Shown here: piece after piece, positions 18,262-31,304 of the stretch | Position numbering within the stretch: the stretch's first letter is position 1 | Layout of the letters: every line of letters begins with the position of its first letter | Made by a program: the position numbers and the translations under genes | The notes under the pieces: model-generated | Seen by the model: the letters and a program-made list of their open reading frames with translations, nothing else | Told to the model about the DNA's origin: nothing | Databases searched by the model: none | Origin: an uncultured Nitrospinota bacterium | GTDB taxonomy: Bacteria; Tectomicrobia; Entotheonellia; J063; CAVPRW01 | Length of the DNA stretch: 64,000 nt | Direction of reading: 5' to 3' | NCBI GenBank assembly: GCA_963707985.1 | Contig: CAVPRW010000042.1 | Location: 64,001 to 128,000 of the forward strand

Positions 18262-21200
18262 CATTGTCCCACTTTTTCATCGATCGACCGATCTTCGCCA
18301 CCGTGCTATCGATCGTCATCGTGATTGCCGGCGCTATTGCCTACTTTACCTTGCCGGTAGCGCAATACCCGGAAGTGGTGCCACCGACCGTGGTGGTGCG
18401 CGCCAGTTATCCCGGTGCAAATCCGCAAGTGATCGCCGACACGGTAGCTACGCCTATTGAACAGCAGATCAATGGCGTCGAAGACATGCTCTATATGTCG
18501 TCGCAAAGCACCAGCGATGGTCAGATGGCCCTGACCATTACCTTCAAGCTCGGCACAAACTTGGATAAAGCGCAGGTGCTGGTCCAAAACCGTGTCGCCA
18601 TCGCCGAACCCATCTTGCCTGAGGAAGTCCGCCGGGGCGGCGTCACCACGACAAAGAGTTCCCCTGATCTGCTCCTGGTCGCGCATCTACTCTCCCCGGA
18701 TGACCATTACGATCAAGCCTATATCAGCAATTACGCCCTCCTCCAGGTGCGCGATGTGCTCGCTCGTCTCGACGGTGTCGGGGATATTTCGGTCTTCGGC
18801 GCGCGCGAATATAGCATGCGCATCTGGCTGGATCCCGAGAAGATTGCGGCACGCAACATGACCGCCAGCGATGTCGTGCAGGCGCTTCGCGAACAAAATG
18901 TGCAGGTGGCGGCTGGAGTGATCGGTCAGGCGCCTGTGCCGCAGGGCAACGCCTATCAACTCTCGGTGAGCACCTTGGGTCGGCTGATAAACGCCGACCA
19001 GTTCGGCGAGATCGTCCTCAAAACTGGGGACAGCGGGCGGATTACGCGCGTGCGCGACGTCGCCCGCGTGGAGGTGGGCGCACGCGACTACTCGTCCAAT
19101 AGCTATCTCGACGGCAAACCGGCCGTAGGCATCGGGGTCTTCCAGCGTCCCGGTTCCAACGCCCTGGCCACCGCCGAGTCCGTGCGCCAGACCATAGCCA
19201 ATCTGAGTAAGCAATTTCCCGAGGGGCTGGAATATCGCCTCGTCTATGATCCGACGGTGTTTGTTCAGGAGTCGATGAACGCCGTCCTCGAGACCCTCAT
19301 CGAAGCATTCATCCTGGTTTTCATCGTGGTCCTCATCTTCCTGCAAGATTGGCGGGCCACGCTCCTGCCGATGATCGATGTCCCCGTATCGCTGATCGGC
19401 ACACTCGGCGTGATGGCAGCCATGGGGTTTTCGCTCAACAATCTGTCGCTCTTCGGCCTGGTGCTGGCGATCGGCATCGTGGTGGACGACGCCATCGTCG
19501 TGGTCGAGAACATCGAACGCTGGATGGCCAAGGGCTTAGAACCTCGTGAGGCCACCCTCAGGGCCATGGCTGAGATCACCGGCCCGGTCATTGCCATCAC
19601 CCTTGGTCCTCAGCTCTGTCTTCATCCCGACGGCGTTCCTCTCGGGCATCAGCGGCCAGTTCTATCGCCAGTTCGCCCTGACCATCGCTGCTTCCACCAT
19701 CATCTCAGCCATGAATGCGCTGACGATGGCCCCGGCCCGTGCTGTGCAACTCATCAAACCTCCGAGTGAAGGGCATGACACAGCGCATCGGGAGGCACTG
19801 CCCCGCCTGGGGATTGCTCTTGATCTGTGGGTTTCTGGCCTACCGCTTTCTCACGCCATCCCTGGCACCATTGCTCGGCCTGTCGGGTTCGGAACACGGC
19901 GGCCGATGCAGGGTGTGGGACAGGCTTCCAGCGCGATAGCGATGTGGACGGTTCGCGGGGCAGTCTTTCTGGGTGGCGGAGTTGTGGGGTGGTTCCTCAG
20001 CCCGCTGATCAACTGGTTGCTGGCTGGGTTCTTCAGGGGGTTCAACTGGTTCTTCGCGCGCCTGATCGATGCACTATGGACGCGTGGTGGCGATGGTGCT
20101 TCGGCTCAGCATCGTCGTCCTCGTGCTCTACGGCGGTCTGATCGGCCTCACCTATCATGGGGTTCACCACGGTGCCGGTGGGCTTCATCCCGGCGCAGGA
20201 TAAAGGCTATCTGATCGTCGACATCCAACTGCCGTACGGCGCCTCCTTAGAGCGCACTGACGCGGTGCTCCTGCGGGCCTCAGATACCATTGTGCAAGTG
20301 CCTGGCGTGGCGCATGCAGTGGGAATTGCTGGCTTTTCCGGCGCGACACGGGCGAATAGCTCCAATGCCGGCGCCATCTTTGCGACGTTGTTGCCGTTTG
20401 AAGAGCGCAAGGGGCAGGGTCTCGGCGCTACTGAGATCAGTCAGAATCTGCGCCAGCGACTCGCCAACATCCAGGAGGCGAGACTCTCGGTGTTTCCTCC
20501 GCCTCCCGTGCAGGGCCTGGGGACAGCTGGGGGCTTCAAACTGGAGGTCCAAGACCGCTCTGGGGCCGGTCTCGGGGCACTGCAGTCGGCCACTGAGGCG
20601 CTCGTCACCGCGGGCAATCAGCAACCGGGTCTGGTGGGCCTCTTTACCCCTTTTAACGCCAATACCCCGCAGCTCTATGCCGATGTGGACCGCACCAAGG
20701 CCAAGATGCTGAACGTGCCGCTGAACAATCTATTCGATACCCTGCAGGTGTATCTCGGGTCAGCCTACGTCAATGACTTCAATTTGTTCGGCCGTACGTA
20801 TCGGGTGATGGCACAGGCGGAAGGGCCCTTCCGCACCGATCCGGAAGCCATTGCCAAACTCAAGACGCGCAGCGCCTCCGGAGCCATGGTCCCACTCGGC
20901 TCCCTCGTCGAGATCCGCCGGACGATCGGCCCCGACCGGGTGCTGCGCTATAATATGTTCCCCGCCGCCGAAATCAATGGCGACACGGCGCCGGGCGTTG
21001 GTTCCGGCCAGGCCATTGCTACCATGGAGCGGCTGGCCGCTCAAGTGTTGCCCAGTGGTATGAGGTTTGAGTGGACCGATCTGGCGTACCAGCAAATCCT
21101 CGCCGGCAATGTCGCTCTCTTCATCTTTCCCATCTGCGTGCTGTTCGTCTTCCTGGTGCTCGCTGCGCAGTATGAAAGCTGGGTGCTGCCGCTCGCCATT

Positions 21201-21630
21201 ATCCTCATCGTGCCCATGTGTTTGCTCAGTGCCATCAGCGGGGTTTGGCTGCGCGGCATGGACAACAACATCCTGACCCAAATCGGCTTTGTGGTGCTGG
21301 TCGCCCTCGCCTGCAAGAATGCCATCCTCATCGTCGAGTTTGCGAAAGACCAGCAGGCAAGAGGGCAAGGACCGAATCGAAGCGGCGATCGAAGCCTGCC
21401 GCATCCGACTGCGGCCGATCCTCATGACCTCTTTCGCCTTCATCCTTGGCGTGCTCCCCCTGTTCGTGGCGACGGGGGCTGGCGCCGAGATGTTGCGCGC
21501 CCTGGGCACATCGGTGCTCAGCGGCATGGTGGGGGTGACGTTCTTTGGGTTGCTTCTGACGCCAGTCTTCTACGTGGTCATCCGCTGGTTCGTCGAGCGC
21601 CGACACGAGAAACCAGAACCCTCCTCGAAT
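18258..21630 (+). CDS. RND multidrug permease (MexF-like), frameshifted; C-terminus runs in-frame into the outer membrane factor
   Basis: FFIDRPIFA, IGIVVDDAIVVVEN, ACKNAILIVEFA, RLRPILMTSFAF. Confidence 0.9.
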
Positions 21631-23071
21631 CATGTCGGGACCTTGGTGGCTATCGCCCTGGTGCCATGTCTGCTTGGACTCCTGTCCGGGTGCATGCTGG
21701 TCGGTCCGGATTACAAGACACCGCCGACGCAGATGCCCGCAGCGTTCGCCAACCAGACTGAGGAAGGTCTGTCGACGGGTGGGGTCGAGACCTCGTGGTG
21801 GCGTGGCTTTCGGGACCAGCAGTTGAACCAGTTGGTCGAGTTGGCGCTGGCCAACAATCACGACCTGCGTGTGGCGACGGCTCGGATCCGCGAAGCCCGG
21901 GCCCTGCTCTCGGAGACGACATTCGATCGCTACCCGACGGTGACGTCCGAGGCTTCCTATACGCGTCAGCGCTTGAGTGAAGCCGTGGCGCCGACGAGTG
22001 ACCGTGACATCGAGCTGTACGAAGCCGGATTCGATGCGACCTGGGAGCTGGATTTCTTCGGGCGTGTACGGCGCTCCATCGAGGCCAGCTCGGCACAGGT
22101 TGGAGCCGCAGAAGCCAGCCGCCGGGATGTGATCGTCAGCTTGCTGGCTGAGGTGGCGCGCAGCTATTTCGAACTGCGTGGCACGCAAAACCGCCTCGCA
22201 GTCGCGCGCCGGAATGCCGACAATCAGCGGCAAACCCTGGACCTCACGAATGCCCTGCTGGAAGGCGGCCGCGGTACCGAGCTGGATACCTCGCGGGCCG
22301 AGGCACAGTTAACCTCAACGCTGGCCAGTATTCCCCCCTTGGAGACAGCCGTCAAGCGCGCCATGTATCGGCTGGGCGTGCTCATCGGCCAGCCACCCAC
22401 CGCTCTGGAGCTGGAGCTGTCGAAGCCCCTGCCGCTCCCCACGTTGCCGACGCTCGTGGCGCTCGGCAAACCCGAAGACTTGTTGCGACGACGCCCTGAC
22501 ATCCGCGTGACAGAGCGCAATCTGGCGGAGGCCACAGCCAACTGTCGGGGTGGTGACCGCCGACCTGTTCCCACGGGTTACCCTCGCCGGCAGTGTGGCG
22601 CTGCAGGCCGGTTCCTTCTTGAACGTCGGCAAAGGTGGGCAGTGATACGTTCGCTGTCGGCCCGAGCATCTTTTGGGCAGCGTTCGACTTAGGACGCGTC
22701 CGGGCCCGCATCAGAGGCGCCGATGCGCGTACCGAGGCGGCCCTGGCGCAATACGAGCAACGTGTCTTGCTCGCGCTCGAAGAAACGGAGAGCTCTCTGG
22801 TTGACTTTACCCGTCAGCAGGAACGCCGTGACTTGCTGCTATGCCTCAGCGCAGGCGAGTGAGAAGGCGACAGAAGTTGGCGCGCCAGCGCTATCAATTC
22901 GGGGTGGCAGACTTCCTGACGGTTCTCGATGCCGAACGCACCCTGTTGGAAGCCCAAGATCGTCTTGCTGACAGTGAAACCTTGACCGCCACCGCCCTCG
23001 TCGCGGTGTATAAGGCGCTTGGTGGCGGCTGGGAAATTGCTGAGGGGCCGCCTTACTCGAGACAACCTTGA
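21631..23071 (+). CDS. RND outer membrane factor (OprN/NodT-like), frameshifted
   Basis: LLSGC lipobox followed by VGPDY, WWRGF, WELDFFG, LLRRRPDIR, YKALGGGW. Confidence 0.88.
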
Positions 23072-23135
23072 GGGGTGCCCTCTTTCCTCTCGTGCTACGA
23101 TTCCGTACAGTCAAAGGCAGAACAGCGAGAGTATT

Positions 23136-23852
23136 ATGGAACATGTCTTGATTACAGGTACCAATCGCGGCCTAGGGTTAGAGTTCACACGCCAATACTT
23201 GGAGCGAGGTGCACAGGTGTTCGCTGGATGTCGCCAGCCCGTAACGGCGACATCGTTACGCACCTTGCAGGCCAAATACCCCCAGCGGCTGTCTATTATG
23301 GCGCTGGATGTCGGTGACGCTGAGGCTATCCGGGCAGCACACGATACGGTATACTCTCAAACCGGGAAGATCGACATACTGGTCAACAACGCTGGCATAT
23401 ACTCTAGTCACGGGAGCGACGAACCGGTGGAGAGACTGGGGAATCTCTCCTTCGAGAACGCCCTGACGGTGCTGCGAATCAATGCCGTGGCACCGCTGCT
23501 TGTGGCGCAGCAGTTTTTGGGGCTCTTGCGGGCCGCTCGCAATGCCAAGCTCATCAACATCTCCTCGGGATATGGTTCGGTTTCGGGCAATACCGGTGGC
23601 TTTCCATACTACTACAGCGCCAGCAAGGCTGCGCTGAACATGTTTATGCGGACGCTGGCGGCCGATGTCAAGCGTTGGGGCATCACCACAGTGTCACTCG
23701 ATCCTGGTTGGGTGAGCACTGATATGGGCGGCCCCGGCGCACCACTCGCACCCGCGCAGGCGGTGGGTGCGATGTTGCGCCTCATTGACGCCCTGACCCC
23801 TCGCCATAACGGGCGTTTCTTGACCTGGCAGGGAAACGAACAAGACTGGTAA
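23136..23852 (+). CDS. Short-chain dehydrogenase/reductase (C-factor/CsgA-like)
   Basis: ITGTNRGLG, LVNNAG, YSASKAAL, DPGWVSTDMGG. Confidence 0.9.
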   Translation: MEHVLITGTNRGLGLEFTRQYLERGAQVFAGCRQPVTATSLRTLQAKYPQRLSIMALDVGDAEAIRAAHDTVYSQTGKIDILVNNAGIYSSHGSDEPVERLGNLSFENALTVLRINAVAPLLVAQQFLGLLRAARNAKLINISSGYGSVSGNTGGFPYYYSASKAALNMFMRTLAADVKRWGITTVSLDPGWVSTDMGGPGAPLAPAQAVGAMLRLIDALTPRHNGRFLTWQGNEQDW

Positions 23853-23885
23853 AGAGTGGAAAAATCATGAACCATAGACAGAGAA

Positions 23886-25147
23886 TTGGCATTGCTCATA
23901 CTATTCTTAGGCCTGAGTCTAGGCCTCAGAAACCAAGTGCGCGCCGAAGAGTTGCCGCCGACCACAGCGGTCCAGCCTCAGCAGGCCAGCGCCAATCTTG
24001 CGGTCTTCGAGGAAGTATGGAGGACCGTCCACGAACACTTTTATGACCCGACGTTCCATGGCCTCGATTGGACGGCTGTTGGGCAGAGGTATCGGCCGCT
24101 GGCGGCGGTCGCTGGTGCCGAGGCTGAACGCTCGGTAGTGATCAACCGCATGTTGTCTGAGCTTGAGGCCTCACATACCGCCTACTACACGGCCTCTGAC
24201 CCGGCGTATTATCAGTTACTCGACATCTTCTCAGGGGCACTTCGACAGCCTCTTAGACGATTCTTCGCGGACGGTCAAGTGAGCTACCCGGGCATTGGCG
24301 TCTATACCAAGTCGCTCGATGGCAAGACGTTTATTAGCGGCGTGCTAGATGGGCTGGCGGCGTCGAAGGCGGGACTACTTGTGGGTGATGAAATCATCGC
24401 GGCGGACGGGGCCCCCTTTCATCCGATCAACTCGTTTGCGGCAAAGATCGGCCAAGAGGTTATGCTGGCCATCCGGCGACGTGCTGATGTACCCTCCGAG
24501 AGCGTGGTCGTAGTCCCAGAGCAGATCTATCCCAACAAGGCATTTTTGAAGGCGATGGAGGAGAGCGCCCGGCTTATCGACGCCAATGGCATGCAAATCG
24601 GCTATATCCATGTGTGGTCGTATGCTGGAGCGCAGTATCAGCAGCTGCTCGAACGCGAGCTATCAGCAGGCAAATTGAAGGATGCCGACGCACTGGTGTG
24701 GGATTTGCGTGACGGTTGGGGGGTGCCGAGTCGGAGTATCTGCACCTGTTCACCGGCCGAGCGCCAATCACGACGCTGATCAACCGTGACGGCGGCAAGT
24801 CGGTGATGAACGTCAGCTGGCGCAAGCCAGTCGCCATGCTCATTAATGCGGGGACGCGCAGCGGAAAAGAGATTCTCGCCCATGGGTTCAGGGAATATGG
24901 GGTAGGAGAAGTCATCGGCAGCCGCACCGCCGGTGCCGTGCTAGCCGGGCGTGCCTACCTGCTTAGTGACGGTAGTCTCGTGCTCGTAGCGGTTGCCGAT
25001 GTGCGCGTCGATGGCCAACGCTTGGAAGGGGTTGGCGTGATGCCAACGATCGCGGTGTCGTTCCCATTACCATATGCTCAAGGCCAGGACCCACAACTGG
25101 ACCGGGCTGTAAAAGTCCTATCTCGCGCGGTTGGCGCCGGCGGCTGA
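23886..25147 (+). CDS. S41 family peptidase with PDZ domain, frameshifted
   Basis: VHEHFYDP, ASHT, GYIHVWS, WDLRDGWGG, TRSGKE, IGSRTAGAV, LEGVGV. Confidence 0.82.
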
Positions 25148-25183
25148 CGCTGAGACAATACGGGAACTTTAGACGTGACTTTC

Positions 25184-26314
25184 ATGAAAATCGTTCTTGG
25201 TGTGATGCTGTTTTCCGTGGCGCTCTGGGATGCATTCGAGGTGGTCATTCTGCCTCGACGAGTCACGCATCGGTTTCGATTGGCTCGGCTCTGCTCGCGC
25301 TCGACCTGGAAGCTGTGGTCTGCAATCGCACAGTGGGTAAAGCCCGAGAAGCGCCGAGAAACGTATCTAAGCATCTTTGGACCGCTCCTCCTGCTCCTAT
25401 TGTTGAGTGTGTGGGCAACAGGGATGATTGCCGGGTTCGCCATGATGCACTGGGGATTCGGTACCCCACTTAACTTATTCAAAGGGATGGCACCCTTTCG
25501 TACCTATCTCTATCTGAGCGGCACGACCTTCTTCACTCTTGGCCTTGGAGATGTGACGCCCCTAGCACCTCTCGGACGGGCGCTGGTGGTCGCTGAAGCT
25601 GGAATAGGCTTTGGCTTTCTGGCGATTGTCATCGCCTATCTGCCAATCCTCTATCAGGCGTTTTCCCGCCGCGAGGTGAGTATTTCGCTCCTCGACGCAC
25701 GTGCAGGGTCTCCCCCCTGCGCTGGGGAATTACTACGGCGCCATGGACAAGATATGAAAGAGCTCGGCCAGCTGCTCTATGACTGGGAGCGCTGGTCGGC
25801 GGAACTGCTGGAGAGCCATCTCTCCTATCCCGTGCTAGGGTTTTTCCGCTCTCAACACACGAATCAATCCTGGTTGGCGGCATTGACGGCCGTTCTGGAC
25901 ACCTGTGCAGTGGTCATCGCCGGCGTCGATGGCGGTCCAAGCCGCCAGGCGCAGCTCACCTTTGCGATGGCACGTCATGCGGTTGTCGACCTCGCACAAA
26001 TATTTATGACAGCTCCCCAGGCACTCGCGCCTGACCGCTTGCCGGCCTCAGGTCTGGTGCGCCTGCGGGAGGTGCTCGCAGAAACGGGCGTCCTCCTGCA
26101 GGAGGGCATCACGGCTGAGCAAAAACTGCACGAGCTGCGACAGATGTATGAGGCCTATGTCCACGCCCTGAGCGAATATCTACGCATGCCTCTGCCGCCG
26201 TGGTTCCGCGCCACGGTGACGCTCGATAGCTGGCAGACCAGCGCCTGGGAAAGGATTACCACAGATGTTGCGGCATCATCACGGCTGAGCAGGCAAGCTG
26301 AGGGGCACTTTTAA
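25184..26314 (+). CDS. Potassium-channel-like (ion channel domain) membrane protein
   Basis: LYLSGTTFFTLGLGD pore-like motif between hydrophobic helices; SHLSYPVL..FRSQH family signature. Confidence 0.75.
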   Translation: MKIVLGVMLFSVALWDAFEVVILPRRVTHRFRLARLCSRSTWKLWSAIAQWVKPEKRRETYLSIFGPLLLLLLLSVWATGMIAGFAMMHWGFGTPLNLFKGMAPFRTYLYLSGTTFFTLGLGDVTPLAPLGRALVVAEAGIGFGFLAIVIAYLPILYQAFSRREVSISLLDARAGSPPCAGELLRRHGQDMKELGQLLYDWERWSAELLESHLSYPVLGFFRSQHTNQSWLAALTAVLDTCAVVIAGVDGGPSRQAQLTFAMARHAVVDLAQIFMTAPQALAPDRLPASGLVRLREVLAETGVLLQEGITAEQKLHELRQMYEAYVHALSEYLRMPLPPWFRATVTLDSWQTSAWERITTDVAASSRLSRQAEGHF

Positions 26315-26331
26315 GCGAGTTTATCGAATTG

Positions 26332-27775
26332 TCAAAGGCGTTCCGGAGCTTTCGAACGAGGCAGATAGAGATGGATGGCGCGGTCGAGAGCGACTTCCGC
26401 AGCTTCGGCCATGGCCTCTGAAAGCGTAGGATGGGGATGGATGCTGACCGCGAGGTCTTCGAGCTGGGCACCCATTTCGATGGCCAGCACAGCTTCGCTA
26501 ATCAGATCAGAGACATTCGGTCCCACCATGCGCACACCGAGGATTAGCTCGCGCTCGGCATCAGCGATGACTTTGACAAAGCCATCGGTGGTGTTCAATG
26601 TAAGCGCTCGCCCCAGGGCACGAAAAGGAAACTTCCCAACCTTTACGGTGTAACCCGCAGCCCGCGCCTGCAGCTCAGATAAGCCGCACAGGGCGATCTC
26701 CGGGTCGGTGAAAACCACAGCTGGCACGGTAACGTTGTCGAAGGCGGCCGCTTCACCGGCAATCACCTCAGCCGCCACTTTCCCCTCACGTGCAGCTTTA
26801 TGGGCCAGCATCGGCTCGCCAGTGACATCACCAACGGCGTAAATGCGTGCATCAGCCGTACGTCGCTGGGCATCGACTTGAATAAAGCCGCGTGCATCTA
26901 ACTTGACCCGTGTCTGTTCAAGGCCAAGCTCATCCGTATTGGGTCGACGGCCCACCGCCACGAGCACATGATCAACCTCCAGCTCGGATGTCGAACCGCT
27001 TTCCTGGGCCAGGCTGACAGTGATGCGTTCTCCCTGATGCTGGAGCCCTATCACTTTTGTCCGCAGATGGACCTCGACGCCGCGTTTCCTCAGGGTCTGC
27101 TGGACCACCTGAACCAGATCGCGGTCAATGCCCGGTAGCAGTTGTTCGGTCAATTCAATGATCAATGACCTGACTGCCGAGGCGGGCATAGACGGATCCC
27201 AGCTCCAGGCCGATGTACCCCCCACCGATCACCAGCAAGCGCTCGGGGATGGTGCGCAATCGCAATGCCTCACGGGAGGTCATGATACGTTCGCCATCGA
27301 CTTCTATACCGGGCAAGTGAATGGGGCGCGAGCCGGTCGCGATGATCCCCTGCTCAAAGGTCAAGCTGCCGGCTCCACTGTCGCTGATGCGGAGCCGGCG
27401 CGATCCGGTAAACGTCGCATGACCGTGGATGATCTCGATGCGCCGCCGCGTCGCCAATTGTTCCAGGCCCTTAGCGAGCTGCGCTAGAATGCCGTCTTTC
27501 CATTGATTCATGGCAACAGGGTCAACCGATATCCCGTCCACGCGAATCCCCATCGTCTGTGCAGCACTGATTTGGTCCCGCAGATGCGTCGCTGTCAACA
27601 GCGCTTTCGATGGAATGCAACCCTGGTGCAAACACTCGCCGCCGAGCGCGGAAGATGCGTCGACCAAGGTGACCTCGCGCCCGAGGTCGGCAGCCCGGAA
27701 CGCCGCTGCATAACCACCCGGGCCGGCACCGATCACCACCACCTGCGTCTCGCGTTCGATCTCTCCCATCACCAT
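26332..27775 (-). CDS. lpdA: Dihydrolipoyl dehydrogenase (E3), frameshifted near 27180
   Basis: GAGPGGY, GGECLHQGCIPSK, GGGYIGLE, HPHPTLSE. Confidence 0.93.
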
Positions 27776-27796
27776 AACTGCATCCCCAGTGATGCT

Positions 27797-29102
27797 TCAG
27801 GCGTCCAAGAGCAGCTGTAGAGGATCTGCCAACAGCTGCATCACCAGCGTCAGAAACCGCACCACATCGGCTCCATCGATTACCCGGTGGTCAAACGCTA
27901 TAGACAGAGGTAGCATCGTGCGCACGACGATCTGGCCATCACGCACCACCGGTTTGGGCTGTGCTCGCCCAATGCCGAGGATGGCGACCTCAGGGAAATT
28001 GATGATCGGAATGAAGGCATGTCCCCCAATCGCTCCAGCATTGGTCAGTGTGAAGGTCCCGCCACGCAGCTCATCCAGGCTGATTTTTCCTGCACGGGTA
28101 CGCTGGATCGTTGCCCCTAGCTCTGCCGCCAGATCCATCACGCTCTTGCGGTCAACATCGCGGATCACTGGGACGATCAGGCCGCGTTCGGTGTCCACCG
28201 CGATCCCAAAGTGATAATAACGTTTCAGGATCAGCTCTTGTTTCTCGTCATCGAGGCTCGCATTGAGGGCGGGAAACCGCTTCAATCCGCCGATGGTTGC
28301 CTTCATCACAAAGGGTAGCAAGGTGAGGTGTAATAGGCCGATCCTGGAGACGTGCTTGCGCTTGCTTCCGAAATGCCTCGAGCTCAGTGACATCCGCCTC
28401 ATCAAGCGCTGCTGCATGTGGGGCGGTGAACAGCGAGTACGCCATCTTCCGCGCGATCTGCCGCCGTGTAGCATTGAGAGGCACATGCTCTACGGGTCCC
28501 CACTGGCCAAAATCCGGTAATACCATCGGCTCGGACACCAGACGCCCTGAGGCTACCGGAGGTGCAGCCGTCGCCAGAGGTCGGGCCTCTGCCATGGCAG
28601 GTCTTTGCTCTCCTTCACGAGCGATGTGTTCGACATCGTCGAGAGTAATGCGGCCGGCGGGGCCGGTTCCCTGCACGGCAGTCAGATCAACCCCCAATTC
28701 ACGAGCACGTCGGCGCGTGGCGGGTGTGGCCAGTTGGCGCTCTGCTCCAGATGCCGATGTCGCACGACCTCTCTCTGGTGCCGTCGCAGTGGCAGCAGTA
28801 GACTTAAGAGAGGCTTCCGCCGGCACCGTTAACGGCGCCGGCTCCGTCTCCATTGATCCCTTCTCTTCTTCTCCAAACGACACCAGGACCGATCCGACAG
28901 CAATGCGTTCGCCTGGTTGATGATGCAAGCGCCGGATGACTCCAGCAAAGGGCGAGGGGAGATCAGCGACAGCCTTATCGGTTTCGATCTCAGCGAGATT
29001 TTGATCCTCTTGGACGATGTCCCCCTCTTGCACGTACCATCGGAGCAGTTCGACCTCAGAAATGCCTTCACCGATGTCGGGGAGCTTAAACTCGCGTGCC
29101 AT
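27797..29102 (-). CDS. Dihydrolipoamide acyltransferase (E2), frameshifted near 28340
   Basis: Lipoyl domain [37 protein letters not shown]. Confidence 0.92.
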
Positions 29103-29232
29103 AGGCTGACCCTGCCTGCTGTCACAAAAGGCATCGAGGAGGAGAGGACGGAGCTAGAGTAGACCGTGGGCCAACTCGCTGCGATCTCCAACTCAGTCCC
29201 CCAGCATTCATGCCCGAGTCCTGTCTTCTCTG

Positions 29233-30215
29233 TTAGAAATGGATGGTCTCTTCAATGGCTTGTAGAATCCGCGCCTCGTTCGGCAGATAGGCGGACTCGC
29301 GGGTGTATAGAGGAACTGGTACATCGAAGCCAGTGACACGACGAATGGGCGCTTCCAGGGAAAGTAGCGCTTCCTCATTGATCCGCGCTACGATCTCAGC
29401 GCCGAAACCCAATGTCCGCGGAGCCTCATGTACCACCACCGCACGCCCCGTCTTCTGAACGGAAGCAATGACCGTCGACATGTCAGCCGGAGACAGGGTT
29501 AACAGGTCGATCACTTCAATGTGGAAACCATGCTCCTCCTGGGCCTGTTCGACTGCCTGCATGGAGGTGTGTAGCATAGCTCCCCAGGTGACCAACGTGA
29601 GATCATCTCCCTCCTGAACGACATGGGCCATCCCCAGCGGAAAGGTCTCCGCATCTTCCGGGACCTCTTCTCGTGGGGCTGCGATAGGCGCGGGTGGGCT
29701 CAAGGAAAATCACCGGATCGGGGTCGCGAATCGCTGATACCAGCAGGCTGCGCGCCAGGCGAGGTGTTGAAGGGACCACCACTTTCAAGCCTGGCGTATG
29801 GATGAAAATAACTCTCTGTGCTTTCGGAATGCTCCTCGACAGCGCGAATCCCCCCTCCGTAGGGGGCTCGCAACACCATCGAACAGGGATAACGTCCACG
29901 GCTGCGGCTACGGAAGCGCGAGGCATGGCTCTTGAGCTGGTGGAACGCTTGATAGCAGAAGCCGAGGAATTGGATCTCGCACACTGGCTTCAGGCCATAC
30001 AGTGCCATGCCTATCGACGTTCCCACGATGCCAGCCTCAGCCAGTGGGGTATCGATTACCCGATCGGCGCCGAACTGGTCGAGTAACCCCTCGGTGACCC
30101 GAAACACCCCGCCATCGACTCCGACATCCTCCCCCAGGATGACGACATCGGGGTCGCTGGCCATCTCCTGTCGCAGTCCAAGATTGATCGCCTGGACCAT
30201 GGTGAGCTTAGGCAT
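29233..30215 (-). CDS. pdhB: 2-oxoacid (pyruvate) dehydrogenase E1 beta, frameshifted
   Basis: GEDVGVDGGVFR, DTPLAE, GGGIRAVEEHS, VVVHEAP. Confidence 0.9.
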
Positions 30216-30236
30216 GCGACACCTCCGGCGCACGGC

Positions 30237-31304
30237 TTAAGACGGCTCGCAGCTCTGCCTGTTGGGCCTGCAGGTATGGGGGTATGGTGGCAAACACATA
30301 GTCGAACATATCCGTAGGATCGAAATCGCGATTAGCTTCGGCGGTCTCGACGGCGCGGCGAATTTCCGCGTCGATTTCCTGGTCGATCTGCGCCCTGCCA
30401 AGTTTCGTCCCATACCCCTTTGCCCTTCAAATATTCCCGGAACCGCAGGATCGGATCCTTCTTCTGCCACTCCTCCTCCTCGGCTTTCATGCGGTAGCGA
30501 CCGGGATCATCGGCGGTGGTATGGAGGCCCATGACGATAGGTGACGCATTCGATCAAGGTCGGGCCTTTCCCCGCTTTGGCGCGTGCTAGTGCGTCGCGC
30601 GTGGCGACATAAACCGCCAAGAGATCATTACCATCCACTTGCAGTCCGTCGAACCCATAGGCGATGGCTTTTTGCGCCAGGGTCCGCGCTCGCGTCTGCC
30701 GTGAACGTGGATGGGAGATGGCGTATTGATTATTCTCACAGACGAAGACTATGGGTACTTGGAAGACACCAGCGAAATTACACGCCTCGTGAAAATCCCC
30801 TTCGGAGGTGGCGCCGTCGCCTAAATAGGCTAAGGTCGCGCAGGGGTCGTGACGAATTTTTGCCGCCATGGCAATGCCAACGGCGTGCGGGAGCTGGGAA
30901 GCTACAGGAATATTCACCGGCAGATCGCGCTGCTCGTCGGGGATTTTGTTTCCCTCCTCACGGCCCATGTAATACAGCAGAATATAGTGCAATGGCAAGC
31001 CGCGTACAATGTACGCCGCCGCCTCACGAAAGCCTGGCACCATCCAATCCGTCGGCTCGAGGGCGAAGGCGCTCCCCACCTGAGCAGCCTCTTGCCCCAT
31101 CAATGGCGCGAACGTACCCATGCGGCCTTGGCGTTGTAGGGAGAGCATGCGTAAGTCCAATTGACGGGCTAGAACCATGCTACGATACAAGCGGCGGAGA
31201 GCGTCTGGGGAGAGACTTGGCTCCAAGTCTCGGTCGAGATGCCCATTAGCATCCAGGACCTGAAGGTAAGATACATTAAACGACTCCAGCACCTTACGCG
31301 GCAT
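30237..31304 (-). CDS. pdhA: 2-oxoacid (pyruvate) dehydrogenase E1 alpha, frameshifted
   Basis: LQRQGRMGT, GQEAAQ, GDGATSEGDF...NN TPP motif, HTTADDP. Confidence 0.9.
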
